Below, in pieces: positions 27,601-40,554 of a stretch of 64,000 nt of DNA; position 1 is the stretch's first letter, and each line of letters begins with the position of its first letter. Position numbers and translations under genes: made by a program. This stretch comes from Octopus vulgaris (Eukaryota): the NCBI GenBank assembly GCA_951406725.2, contig OX597818.1, forward strand, positions 77,624,001 to 77,688,000, in the 5' to 3' direction. Below the pieces are notes generated by a model. The model worked only from the letters and a program-made list of their open reading frames with translations, searched no databases and was not told the DNA's origin.

Positions 27601-27968
27601 ATAACATAAGGGACTAAAGCCATCTGAATATGGCTAGGGACAGGGCAGGGTGGTGGGGGTGTTACTGTTGCATTTAGCCCCAGGCGAACATCGACGTCAC
27701 CAGAAAGGCTCGACACCGTCACGGTGCCCTAAACCTGCAAAGGGAGGTAATTCCCCGATGAAGCGGAAACCACACCTTGAAACCATGGTCCGTGTGTGGT
27801 TTCCGCTTCATCGGGGAATTACCTCCCTTTGCAGGTTTAGGGCACCGTGACGGTGTCGAGCCTTTCTGGTGACGTCGATGTTCGCCTGGGGCTAAATGCA
27901 ACAGTAACACCCCCACCACCCTGCCCTGTCCCTAGCCATATTCAGATGGCTTTAGTCCCTTATGTTAT
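27601..27968. repeat. Perfect inverted repeat: 175-bp arms (27601-27775, 27794-27968) with 18-bp spacer
   Basis: Arms are exact reverse complements; the ORF track shows mirror ORFs on both strands. Flanked by (TA)n on both sides. Confidence 0.97.
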
Positions 27969-28010
27969 CGAGCAGTTACTGTCTATATCCCTTTTAGAGA
28001 ATTATTATTG

Positions 28011-28044
<34 letters not shown>

Positions 28045-29735
28045 TATTTATTTATTAGAGCCTCTGTCTTTTTTGTTTTGTTCAGTCTCCACATTTCCCC
28101 CATTGCTGTGCATGACAGCTTGGTTGGCTGTCACTGAACAGAACTGATGAATGCTAAATTTCCTAAATCTTGATGAGCTTTCTTGTTCCGGCTACCATTT
28201 CCCTCACCACCTTGGCTGTCACCATCTCCCTCACTGCCAACTACAACAAGCATTTAGCCAGCATGATGGGCTACTTTTCCTCTTGTTGCTGCTGCTGCTA
28301 GCTATTATTGCTGCTTACCAATCCCAGCTGTGGGCAGGATCAGTTAATGCTTCTGATTTAATGAACATTGTTTTTAAAATACACCACTTCTCCCCTTCCT
28401 CCTCTTCCTCTTTATCTCTCTCTCTCTCTCTCCCTTGCTTGAATTTAAACTTCATTGATAACATTGATTGCTACAACATATGTGAAAACCAACTTTATCT
28501 AAAATTGGTCCAACATGCTGATGTAAAACTTGGCAACTTTTTAAAATGGTGTTTTATATAATCATTATTACCAGTCAGGTACTGCTGTCAGATGATAGGA
28601 TCTTCAACTGTTATTCCCCCCTTCCTCCCTCTCTAAGTTTGTTGAGGTCTTGTGCCTGAGTAAGAAATCATTACCACATTGGACAAAATACTTTGCAGTA
28701 TTTATTATTTGTTTCGGCTCTTTACATTGAGAGTTCAAATCTCAGCATGGTCAACTTTGCCTTTCACCCCTCCAGCATCAATAAAATAAAGTACCAGTCA
28801 AATATTGAGGTTGGTCGTATCAACTACTTGCCCCCCCCTCCTCACCCTAAAAAAAAAAAAAAAATTTTTTTAAAAGGAATAAAATTCAGGCCTTGTACCA
28901 ACTTTAGAAATAATTTTTATAGCCAAATGGCAGAATTGGAAAACTGCTAAGTGGAATATTTTGCTATGTTTATTTGCATTCCCTTTATATTTTGTGCTCA
29001 AATCCCGCCAAAGTCAACTTTAGGTGTCATCCATCCAGGATCAGTAAGAACTAGAGGTAATGAGTGTCCCTCTACAGAGTTTCTTAGATATCATTGATAT
29101 TTATTACTATAGTTAGAGATTCTTGTTATGTCCATTTTAGGTTAGTAATTGACTTATTTTATACATCTTTTAGTTGAGTTCCTGTCACCTTTAGTTGCAA
29201 ATAATGAAATACTACTAGATACAGCTTAAAAAATTTCAGTTTCATATGCACATGCACACATGCGCACGCGCAATCTTTAAAACTGAATTATCTTTAGACC
29301 TAGTGTCACAGGAAATGTGTTCTTGTTTGCCATTCTTTGGAAATGTTCTTTGAGTAATGCCATTATAGATCTCATTTTCCAAAATATTTACTTCTGTGGT
29401 AAATTTTTTTAAATAGTTTGAAATATTTAAATAAATTTATTTGAAATTGATAATTTAAATTCTGCATTACTTGTATGTTTATAAAGTAGCAAAATCTTTA
29501 AGAATTTGTTTTGGATTTAAAAGAGAAGTAAAAGAAAAGCAAAAAAACGGTCTTTTGCAATCTTTGATATTACTTATATGAGTGCTTCTCCTTTATTTAC
29601 GAGTTCTATAGGAACTACTTTTTCTTCTTCATATGCTTTTAAGTACATGAATACTTGCATACATATGTAGACGCACTCATGCGTGTGTAGGTCTATATGT
29701 ATTTAAATATTGGTACATACATACATATGTATGTA

Positions 29736-29789
<54 letters not shown>

Positions 29790-30310
29790 CATATACACAC
29801 ACACACACACAACTTTTGTGAGTCATAAGCATATTATAAGTATTAAAAACAGAAAAATCCAATTTAATTCTTTGTATATATTTATGTATCTTAAATATTA
29901 TTTTTAAAAAAAATAAGTCTATTAAAATGAAAAGAAACTAAAAGGTACAAATAAGCAGAAATATATTTTAGTTTAGATCTTTATATTAAGAATAAAGTAA
30001 AATTTTTGTTTTATTACCTTCCTTCTTGAAATTGATTTGAGGAAGCACTTTGTTACTTTTTATAAATTTCTCATATTGTCTTGTATTTTCTAGTGGATTA
30101 TATATATATTATATATAAATATTGTAATTCTTTTGTTTAATTGTATTATTTGTTGATTTGACTGTAGTGAGTCTCCCTCTTATTTTTCATAGAATTTTTA
30201 TGTAATGTGTACCTATTTGACTGCTTCGATTAATGTGCTTTTTATTTTATTTTTTTTTCTTCTTCTTCCCCCTTTTTTGTGTTTGTCGTGTGTCAATTAT
30301 CTGTGAACAG

Positions 30311-30520
30311 CTACCAGGGGGGTCCAAACACATTAAGCATGGCTCCGTTCCAGCTTCCATCTACAAAACAAGGGATTTAGTTGATATTCGGGATATCAAT
30401 GTGTCTCGTTCCAAGTCTGATGCCTCAAGTAAAGCCAGCCAAGTAGTCGCTGGAGAGACCCTCGGCTCCAGCCATTCCCAGCTCCCACCTGGATATCAGC
30501 AAAGAGACAACACCAAGGAG
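30311..30520 (+). CDS. ARHGEF11/12: RhoGEF linker exon (LPGGSKHIKHGSVPASIY...QQRDNTKE), phase 0-0
   Basis: gaacag acceptor after a T-rich tract, GAG|gtatct donor, 210 nt open, GC-richer than its flanks. Confidence 0.75.
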
Positions 30521-33500
30521 GTATCTATGAAATATATGCATGTAATCAATGCTACCTCCATATTCATGGAAGAATTCCTGTTGTAAATTTAGTTCTTTTG
30601 CAGTCATTCTCCATTTACTATTGTTAAGTGTTCTTCTAACAGCAACTTCTAACCCTCACTTTCTACTCAATCAAAACAGATACTTGTTTGTTGTTACATT
30701 GTTTATTGTTTTAAATAATCATACATATGTCAGAAAGAGTTCTTCAATTTCTAAAACCAAGTTAATACCTATGAATTGATCAGAACCAGGAGCCGTAGAT
30801 AATAGTAACCTATGTCTCAATTAAAATATATATATATGTTTCTTGGGGGAGACAAGTTCAAGAGGAGCTATGTCCAGCCACTCAGAATAAAGAATTGAAT
30901 ACTAAGTCTGAGAGTGAATATCGTATTTTCCTTCTTCCCTTAAAGTAGCCCCTCTAAATATTGTTTTTTTTTTTAGTTCCCAAAGAGCCATAGGAGAAAC
31001 AAAATATATTTTGTTAGACTAACAATAAAGGATTCTGTATATAGTCAATTCAAATAAACTATCAATTAAAAATTAAAAATGAATAATAAAATTAACAGAC
31101 AACAAGAGGGCATGCACAAGGAATGTATTAGTTTGACACTCAGTGAAAATGGAGTTTTTGACGTTTTGAGCAGAGAAAGGGAAAAGTCCAAAGAAGAAAA
31201 AGAAATCAACAACAGCATTTGTAGTTACACACACATATGGAGAAAAGAATTCTCCTAAGTAGAACTGTAGCGATAGGAACCAGTTTATTGCAACAGGTTG
31301 TAAAAATTTCTGCTCAGTAGTTTTGTCTTTAGAACAGAGAACAAACATTAAACTATTATTTCTTTTATAAACTGAAATAGTTAACCTTTATGTTATTTGT
31401 ACTGACCTTAATGTACCTACAACCCTTTTGTACCCATGTGTTGGACTGCTTAGTTTATTTTTAAGCATTATATTAGGACAAAGTTTTCAATGAAATACAT
31501 TTTAAAATGTACAGTTTTCTATCATTGGAAATGGTCTCAGTTAGGTTGGTATCAACTTCTCTAATTCTAATATTAAGACTCATAATACTAACATAGATGT
31601 TGTAACAGATATCTTGTCTCCTTAATGCTTTCTTCACTACTCCCTTCCCCCCAGTCATTCTGAAACACTAACATTTCCTTGCCTGCCTGCCTTTCTTACC
31701 ATCTACTTTACTGAGCTCTGTATAGTTTATATAATCTGTTCCTATTTCAACTATAGGAAGTTTTCTCTTTGCAAACAAAGTGTATTCAGAACAGATCAGT
31801 GTTGATTCCTTTACATTTTACAAGTAAAGACAGTTTACAGCACCAATTAAGAAAGGTCTACAAGTAAGAATTAAAGTTAATTAAAAAAAAGTAGGCACCA
31901 GGCATGGCTGTGTGGTTAAGAAGTATCACTTTAGGCTAGTGTCTTTGGCTATAACCCTAGGTGCTGATCAAAAGTACTAGGGTCAATTTGTTTGACTAAT
32001 CCCTTTAAGACAATGCCCCCGCATGGCTACAGACCAGTGATTGAAACAAGTGAGAGCTAAAAGCTAAACTAAATATCTGCCCCAGGCCTACATGTAGAGA
32101 GAATTTGCAACTCTAATTTAGAAATACCTACAAATAAAATAATCAAACCATCAGGAGCTGCTGATCAACTAAATATAACTTGTCTCAAACCTACACATTC
32201 ATAAGGTTGGAGCTTATCCAAATTTTCAAAGTGTTTCTAGTTCTTATTTTCATTTGGATGTGCTAGAGTAATGTGAAATGAAGTGCCTTGCTCAAGGACA
32301 CAATGTGCTACCTAGTTCAAGAATAAGACCCACAATGACAGAATCATGAGTGCAGTGCTCTAATGCTGTAACCACTTGGCCATAGGGTTGATTATCAACT
32401 ATTATATTTGAAAGTATATAAGATGCATTTTTTTTTCCTTCAAAAAATGTCTCAGAAAATCTCTCTGGTTCCTATACATGAAGTTACTCTAAATATAAAA
32501 TGCTTTATAATGTATGAGAAACTTTTATTACTGAATATGCACTTCTGAAACTGGGGTGCATCAAATATGTCTATGTATATCTTTTATGCTATCAAATTCA
32601 GTAAATATAGCTCACCTACTAGGTAGGTACTGTAAAGAAAAGAATAGAAAACACCAGTTGTCCTCTTGTTACGCTATTTGTTTTCCATGATATGTGAAAC
32701 AGAGGAAACTAAGGAGAACAGAAGTTAGTAGTTACTTTTCCCTTGAGTTCACAATTAATGTTCAAATTGATTTATTTTAATTTGATAATAATTTCTCAAT
32801 GTGATTTAACTATTTTTCATATAAACATTATGTGAATTATGCAATTAACTTCCTACAAAAATTACTGAAATAAATACAACTAGGATTGGGATTTAAAGCT
32901 AAGGTGTAGACCTACATTAACAGTTCTGATCTACAAATAACTTTGGATTATAGCTGAGATTCCCCCCTCCCTCTCAGAGTCAAGAGTCATTTGGAAATTT
33001 TTAGTTTCTTGGTAAATAATTTTGATTGAACATTTCCGACCTATGTATGAAATTTGGAATTCTATTTTCATTCTGTTTGCCACTTGCTGTGACTTACACT
33101 CTATAGTAAAGGGAGTATGTGACCAGCTTTGCTGTATATTTTAATGAAACTTTTTAAACTAACACCAGAGCATTGGAAGCAATTAACACAATCTTAAATG
33201 ATAACAGTTTATAATTGGCTTCTTTTAGTTCTCTTAGATAATTACTGTTTTCTATTCAAGCTGTCTATCAGATGCTCTGTTTGTCTGTCTCTTTCTCTCT
33301 ATTTTTCTCTCACTCTTTCTTTCTTTTTTCTTTCTTTCTTTCTTTCTTTTCCTTCCTCCCTCTCTCTCTCTCTCTCTCTGTTTTCCTCTTTCTCATTAAT
33401 TCAGTTTTTTTTTTGTTTATTTTACCAATTCTTTCTTTCTCTGAGTTAATTATATTTTACTGTCACAATATAAGTATTAATAATCTAGCTGTCTTAATAC

Positions 33501-33781
33501 ATAACAGAAATAATGATTTCTTGATTAGTTTTGATGAGGCAACGATCTTGATTTTGATGATGACGATAATGATCATGATCTTTTCTATCATGCCTCTCTC
33601 CTCCTCCTTTATTCCCTCACTAAAAATTAACTTCAACATTACCTTTTTGTCTCCATAAAAATAAACAACAAAAGTTTTGCCAAAAATTAAGTTATATAAA
33701 TAAAATGAAATGAATCATTTGCAATGGATCTGATTCCAATTTTGAGGGTAATTGGATTAAAAAAATTTTTTTATTCTATAT

Positions 33782-33816
<35 letters not shown>

Positions 33817-34567
33817 CTTATTTATTTATTGCCAGGGGTGGGTGGAGAAAAATATTACAAAGGATTCAACAAAACCATGAAAGCAATAATAACGATGATG
33901 ATGATGATGATGAATGGAAATTTGTGCCAGAATCTGCCAATATTCAATTCAGTGGCTTATTTTCTGTGCCAGTGAATTTGATAAAGATAGTATTCCTCTC
34001 TCTCTCTTTCTCTCTCTCTCTCATCTCTTCCCCCCTCTCTCTCTCTTGCTCATCTCTCTCATTGGGCTCTTAACAATACACCTTTCATCTGAATAATTTT
34101 GGGTAACTATTATTCTGCATAACTGCTACAGTCAGTTATCTTTGTATTCCATTGTTTTCTCTGGGATATTTCATAGAACAAAGAATCAAAAAATGTTTAA
34201 CTGTTAGCACGCTAAAACATTTGTGTTCCTTAAATGGAGCTCTCAGGCTTTTAAAATGTATTTAAAAGAAGAAAATTATTAAAAAATTTTTTTAGCTTTC
34301 TTCTTTAATGTTATTGTTATTGTTGATTAAGCATCTAATTAAATACCTTTTTAAATCCTGATAGTGATCAAATAAAGTATCAATTCACTGTCAGTGTTAA
34401 TTAATGACCTTCATTGGTTGTAATTTATTCTCCAGTGACCAAAGTTGTTGTTTATAACCCACTGCTTTTAATCCTTTTCTTACCACATTTCTGTATGATA
34501 TAGACACTTCTGATGAGAATCCAATTAAGGTCCAAAAGATCAATTAAGGCTGTTCATCATTTTATAG

Positions 34568-35030
34568 GTGCAGGTATGACTGTGTGATGAGAAGTTTGCT
34601 TCCCAACCACAGGGTTCTGGGTTCAGTCCCACAGTGAGGCATCTTTTCTACTATAGTTTTGGGACAACCAAAATCTTGTTAGTGGATTTTGTTGATGGAA
34701 ACAGAAAGAAGCCTATCATGTATGTATGTATGTATGTATGTATGTATGTATGTATGTATGTATGTATGTATGTACGTACGTACGTATGTACGTGTGTGTG
34801 TGTGTGTGAGTGTGTGTATTTATGATTGTCCCTCATCGTTGCTTGACAACTGATGTTGGTTTGCTTAAGTCCCATAACTTGGCAGTTCAGCAAAAGATAC
34901 TGATAGAATAAGTACCAGGCTTTAAAAGAAAAAGCTCTGGGAATCGATTTGTTTGACTAAAACTTTTCAAGGTGGTACCCCCAACATGGTCACAGTTCAA
35001 TGACTGAAACAAAGTAAACAATAAAAGATT
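34568..35030 (+). mobile_element. tRNA-derived SINE family B with central microsatellite (other copies about 385-722 minus, 3580-3975 minus, 15120-15490, 19830-20156, 23083-23245 minus, 46132-46510, 53478-53730, 53985-54350 minus)
   Basis: gtggctgtgtggtaagaag.ttgcttcccaacca..ggttcagtcccac head; ..ataagtacc..catggc..cagt..aatgactgaaacaagtaaaaga tail; multi-copy. Confidence 0.87.
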
Positions 35031-35043
35031 AAAAAAAAAAATT

Positions 35044-35365
35044 GGGGCCCAGTGGTTCGAGGTAATGAGGTAATGAGTTTGATTCCCCGGCTGTGTGTTG
35101 TGTTCTTGAACAAAATACTTTACTTCACATTGCTCCAGTTCATTCAGCTGTACACAAGTTGCAGTGTCACTGATGCCAAGCTATATCAGCCTTTGCCTTT
35201 CCCTTGGATAACATCAGTGTCATGGAGAGGGGAGGCTGGGATGTATGGGATGTATGGGCAATGGATGGTCTTCCATAAACACACTTGCCCAAACTTGTGT
35301 CTTGGAGGGGAATTTTCTAGTTGCAATCCCATGGTCATTCATGACCCAAAGGGGTCTTTACCCTA
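35044..35365 (+). mobile_element. CORE-like SINE
   Basis: tRNA-like head (cagtggtt..gtttgattcccc) followed by gtgttcttgaacaaaatactttacttcacattgctccagttcattcagctgta. Related minus-strand fragments near 32270-32370 and 50520-50660. Confidence 0.55.
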
Positions 35366-35609
35366 TTAAGCTGGTGTTTGAGTGTGAGGCATCTTAGACA
35401 AATTGAAGTAGAGTTCATGGAAATTGCATAAACCCCCTCTCAAATGAACTGTGCCTGTAATTCAAAAGGTACCACATTGTTACACATTGTGTAATGCTGA
35501 TTTTTCTGGAAAATTACATAAAGGGTACATGTACCTGTGGAATGAATACCTAGCCACTTATATGTAAATTCAGAAGCAGGTAATTCAATTAACTGAAATC
35601 TACCATCTG

Positions 35610-36050
35610 TGTGATAGTGATATATCCTTCAAAGATAAAGATTGAAGAGTTTGGTGATAATAGGAGCTGGCTCAAAAATATATTGTTGAGTGTTATCGAA
35701 CTGATACCACCTGGTGAAATCATGTTGGGTTGCAGGAAAATGAGATGTTTCCACTTTTTATAGCTTTATAATTAGATGGTGGTGACATTGATGGAATGAA
35801 GAAGTTGGGGAAATGGGAGTTGTTGTGTCTGCAGCGTGGAGTTTGAAACAAAAGCAAGCCTCAAATGTATTGGTTTTATCAGTGGGAATGTTACCTCTAA
35901 AGCTGTCTTGATTAAGGAGTAGCAGGTATGAAAATCCTGTGAAGTTGCTAGACTCATTTGGCAAGATATCAGAAGGCTGGTTGTAATTTGGGATGCAAAA
36001 AGAGCTTGCAGGAATGCATGTAGCATAAATAACAACTTCCATATTATCTA
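35610..36050 (-). mobile_element. Degenerate LINE ORF2 fragment (pre-RT region)
   Basis: Minus-strand translation gives TDKTNTF and, across a frameshift, PGGISSITL..EPAPIITKLFNL (GPDGI..ELAP.LT.LFN type). Confidence 0.55.
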
Positions 36051-36106
36051 TTAGTGTTATTTAATCCACTCAACACTGTTGAAGGTCATTGAATCAATTT
36101 TACTTG

Positions 36107-36470
36107 AACCCTTTTGTTATCTTTCTGTTGAAATACGCTGCCTTTTATTCCAATTAATTTCGAAAATAATTAAGAATTAATTGAAATAATTTTGTCTGTT
36201 TTTTTAAACAAATTACCATGAAATTTTGGTAGGTTTTAATTTCGATAATTTTACCCCTTTGTTACTATATTTCTGATGAAATACACAGCTTTTTATTTCA
36301 ATTAATTTTGAAAATAATTAAGAATTTATTTAAATAATTTTGTCATTGTTAATTTTTTTTTTTAACATAAATTTTTGATGGAAGGTTCTAATTTAGATCA
36401 CAATATAACAGGGAGTTTATATCAAGGAACTCAGTGTGGTTTCAGGCAGATTGGTATCAAAAGGATTCGG
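36107..36470. mobile_element. piggyBac-type MITE family, partial tandem duplication (other copies about 10975-11200, 16090-16195, 25320-25475, 49006-49200, 63130-63200)
   Basis: Copies start (tt)aacccttttgttac and end tggtatcaaaagg; shared internal gaatttagtaaaataactttgtcatt. Confidence 0.65.
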
Positions 36471-37320
36471 TAACTTCTTAGTTCTGCATTGGGTTCACTT
36501 TAGTAATTCCTTCAGAATTACTAAAATTCTGTCAAGTGTTCTCACTCTCTCTTTTTAATTTACATCACATTGTTTTCCTTCTTCCTTGACTAGTTTTTGC
36601 CTCTCCTTTATTTTAGTTTCGTTCTCTAGAACTTTCCTATTTCCTTTTATTTTCAATTCTTTTTTATTTTTAAACTTCAGGATGTTGTTATCCTCCCTCT
36701 ATTGGATTTGTTGCAGATGTTTTATCTGTCGACTTTCTTGTTTCTCAGTTAGACCAGTCAGTAGTATAATAAGAGTTTTAACAGCTTTCTGTCTTTCTTT
36801 CTTGAAAATGTTGGCATTATCTTACAGACATTGAGCAGAGAAATACAGAGAGATTGGGAATGTTTCATTCCTATTCCCCCTGTTCCATACCATTTTTATT
36901 CTGCCCACAAATACTTTACCATCATCAAAATCATGACTTCCACCAACACTATCATTGTCGTCATCATCACTCTCACCACCACCATTACCACTACCACCAC
37001 TATTATCATCAATATCACCATCAACATCACCTCCCTACCATCGCTATCACCACCACCATGATCAGCATCATCAGTTATATTAGAACAATGGAATTAGTGC
37101 AAACATCTCCGTATCTAATATTTAATTGTTTCCAATTAAACTTCATTTTCTGTTTTGTTGTTGTTATTCAACATTCCGCTACAACTCTAAGGTTGATCCA
37201 ATCTACTACACTCCACTTATATAACTGGCATTCAGCCTAGTCATCCTATTCACTATTGTTATTGCTGTTACTGTTATTATGGTCTTGTGCCTATGTTAGA
37301 AATTATTATTGCTACTGCTG

Positions 37321-37361
<41 letters not shown>

Positions 37362-37372
37362 GTTACTACTCC

Positions 37373-37423
<51 letters not shown>

Positions 37424-38112
37424 GGCATTGAACTGGCAGAATTGTCACTGCACTGGACAAAATGCTTATTGGCACTTCTGGCTTTTACATTTTGAGTTCA
37501 AATTCTGCCAAGGTTGACTTTGCCTTTCATCCTTTTTGGAGTCAATATAATAAGTACCTTTTGAGCATTGGGGGTTGATGTAATTGACTAGCCCCACTCT
37601 TCCCAAATTTCAGGTCTTGTAGCCAAAATTTGAAACCATTTTTATTATAATTAGGCACTGAACTGGCAGAAGCATTACCATGCCGGATAAAATGCTTAAT
37701 AGCATTTCATTTGCCTTTGCATTCTGGTTTCAAATACCACTGAAGCTGACTTTACCTTTCATCCTTTTGGGGTCAATATAATAAGTACCAGTTGAGCCTT
37801 GGGGGGGGGGGGGGGTCAGTGTAATTGACTAGCCCTCCCTCCTCTAAATTTTGGGCCTTATGCCTATTGTGGACAGAATCATTGCTGTTGTTATTATTAA
37901 GGCAGTCAGTTGACAAAATCATTACTGTGCCAACAAAATGCTTAGCAGCATTTCTTCTGGCACTTTACATTCTGAGTTCAAATGCTGATGAAGTTGACTG
38001 TGTCTTTCATCTTTTTAGAGTTGATAAAATAAATATCAGACAAGTATTGTAGTTGATATAATCGACTAACCTTTCCCCTCAAAATTTCAGGCCTTGTGTC
38101 TATAGTAGAAAG
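37424..38112 (+). mobile_element. Three head-to-tail diverged SINE family A copies separated by (ATT)n
   Basis: Units at about 37424-37630, 37652-37870 and 37898-38112. Confidence 0.8.
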
Positions 38113-38127
38113 GATTATTATTATTAT

Positions 38128-38677
38128 TGTATGAGAGAGCAGTGCATGACATCAAAGTGACACAGGTGTACAAATATACAAACCGAATATACCCATCATG
38201 ACTACTCGTCTGATAAGAGTACACCAGGCACATGCATCACAACCATATGTGCGTGACATAGTGATCTCATATCAAGATAAACAGCACATCACCTTGCAGG
38301 TGAAGCCCAGTTAGAATCTTCTTCAGGTTGAGTAGACCATTCCACTTAAAAGGTCCCCGAATAAGGGTTAAGGATGTTGAACAAAACACTCATGTTTCCA
38401 AAGGGGAATTATCTGAACCCCAAAGATTCCTCTCAACACATGGCTATGATGCTCCCCCCCTACTTCTGCTCATGATAAGAGCTGCACATATCATCAGCCA
38501 CTAAGAGACATGCTCAGCTGGTTACGGTCAAGCAACTGGCAAGCAAATCTGTGGTATTGAGCAGAATATTTGCTGTAGCCCATCATTTATACAAAGACAA
38601 AACAATGTACATGATAACACTTCCAATCAGTTAAGATCAGAAGCCTTGAGAGCCACTGCCTGATACTGCATCAGGGC

Positions 38678-38737
<60 letters not shown>

Positions 38738-38750
38738 CATTATTATTGCT
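38128..38750 (+). mobile_element. Unclassified retroposon-like insert of about 550 bp ending in a long (ATT)n tail
   Basis: Higher-GC block inserted in an (ATT)n tract, ending ctgcatcagggcatt(att)n. Confidence 0.45.
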
Positions 38751-38957
38751 ATTGTTGTTGTTGCAGTAGTTTAGTTGTAATTAAACTTATTCTGTAATCA
38801 GTATTAATTCAAAGTTCAAACTATAATTCCAAGATCACAATTGTTGTTAGGGAAAACCCATGACCATCCCTGTCAGGTGGTGACTTTCTAATTGACTGTA
38901 ATTAGTAGCTCAGTGTCCCAGTGGTCTGACTTCAAATTGGCATTGTCCTTCTCCATC

Positions 38958-39750
38958 CTATAATAATAATAATGAAATTATTGTATATAGTGTTCAGGTG
39001 TACTACAACTCATCAAAGGTGCATGTACAATACATAGAATTATGTACAAAAGTCAGGGAAGTGAACAGTTTATGAGTCATGATGCATATGTGTGCATGCG
39101 TATGGAGGTGGGGATATCAGGTGTAGTGTTGGTAAATTTCAGGAAGTATGGAGGTTTTAAAGGATGCAATGTCTCTGCAACTAACACTGATGCAGGTGGT
39201 TTGTTCCATGTTTCAGCAACTCTAAATGTGAAAAAACGTTTCCGAAAGTCATGGGAACTGTGCTGTTTTCTGACTTTGTTGGCATGCCCATGTGTGTTAG
39301 ACACATGGAGTTCAAAAAGGTGCTGAAGGTGGTTGTTGGCACGATGGTTGATAATTTTGTGGGTATTTACTAAGTCAGTTGTTAGACGTCAGAGCTTCAA
39401 TGTATCTATGCCCAGGGAAGCAAGGCATTCAGAGTATTGTAGATGCCTGATGGTGGGTATTTGCTCGGTTGCATGTCTCTGAACAGTTTCCAGGAGGTCA
39501 ATGTCCTGAGCAAGATAGGGGTTCCAGACTGGTCATGCAAATTCCAAGTGTGGCCACACCATAGTCATATACAGCTTTAAATAGATAGCTGGAGAGCAGC
39601 TGACAAAGGTCTTGCTGAGTGATGCCAAGACACCCTCAGCTTCCTTGACAGTTTTAGAGATGTGCTTTGTCCAACACAAATTGCGGTTGACAGTTATGCC
39701 CAGGTCATGTTCACAAGAAGACTTCTTGATATTAATGTTGTGGAGAGATA
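38958..39750 (-). mobile_element. CR1-clade LINE 3' end (RT C-terminus and tail), 5'-truncated
   Basis: HDLGITV, PHLEFA*PVWNP, FFTFRVAETWNKPP motifs; (ATT)n tail at about 38958-38973. Confidence 0.85.
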
Positions 39751-40554
39751 GTTTGACAAATTAAGAATGTCTTACTTTACCACCCATCAACAGGATGCTT
39801 TTAAACAACCTGTTGGATCAAGTTAAAGACATGAGATCATAAAGGATTGTCTTATTTACTTTTCCCCTTTCCTTTCTATTTCAACATATATTGCAGGGGA
39901 GGGGGGATATTGATCTCTTAAACATTATTTCTGAATTCTTCCAGGTCATCTTTGACATCATTGATCTCTTTGCAGATCAGTGGAGTTCAACCCTCTCTTT
40001 ATATTTCTTTTTTTATTTAATTTAGTTTTTTTTTTTCCTCCTAAATTTATATACAGAACAGTCATGAAAGCATCAAAACTTTTAAATCACTATATTTGTA
40101 TGGTAACCACAGATTTATTGGGTCAGATTTATTTGCATTTTGTATGTAACCAAAACAGTTGTGTTTTCATCTTTTAAACCCCTTTGCCTATTTATATATC
40201 TCTCCATATATATATCTACCTATTGACTCTTATCTGTTTTAATTTCTCCAAATATCACCTACCTCTATATATATGTTTTACCTGCTTGCTTTTGCATGAT
40301 TGCTTTTGTTTCTTTTTTCTTTCATTATTGTTCTTCAGTTTTAAATTATTCAATGTATCCACTTCTCTTTACCTACTCACTTACTTTCAACCTTTTTTCA
40401 CTTTTCTTTCTTTTTGTATTTCTTTGTTATTTTTCTCTTTTGAGAAGGAAAAACTATTTTTGAAATGAGAGCTGTACCATTTAGATAGAAGCAGAGATGA
40501 GATTGTTAGCATAGAAATTCAAGACAGCAAGACAGTTCTTATATCTAACATCAA

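Noticed and set aside
27650-27919. Two mirror 66-aa ORFs on opposite strands
   Set aside because: Automatic consequence of the perfect palindrome; GTG starts and no recognisable domain.
36831-37517. His/Thr/Ile/Tyr-rich ORFs
   Set aside because: Derived from (CAT/CAC)n, (CTA)n and (ATT)n trinucleotide repeats.
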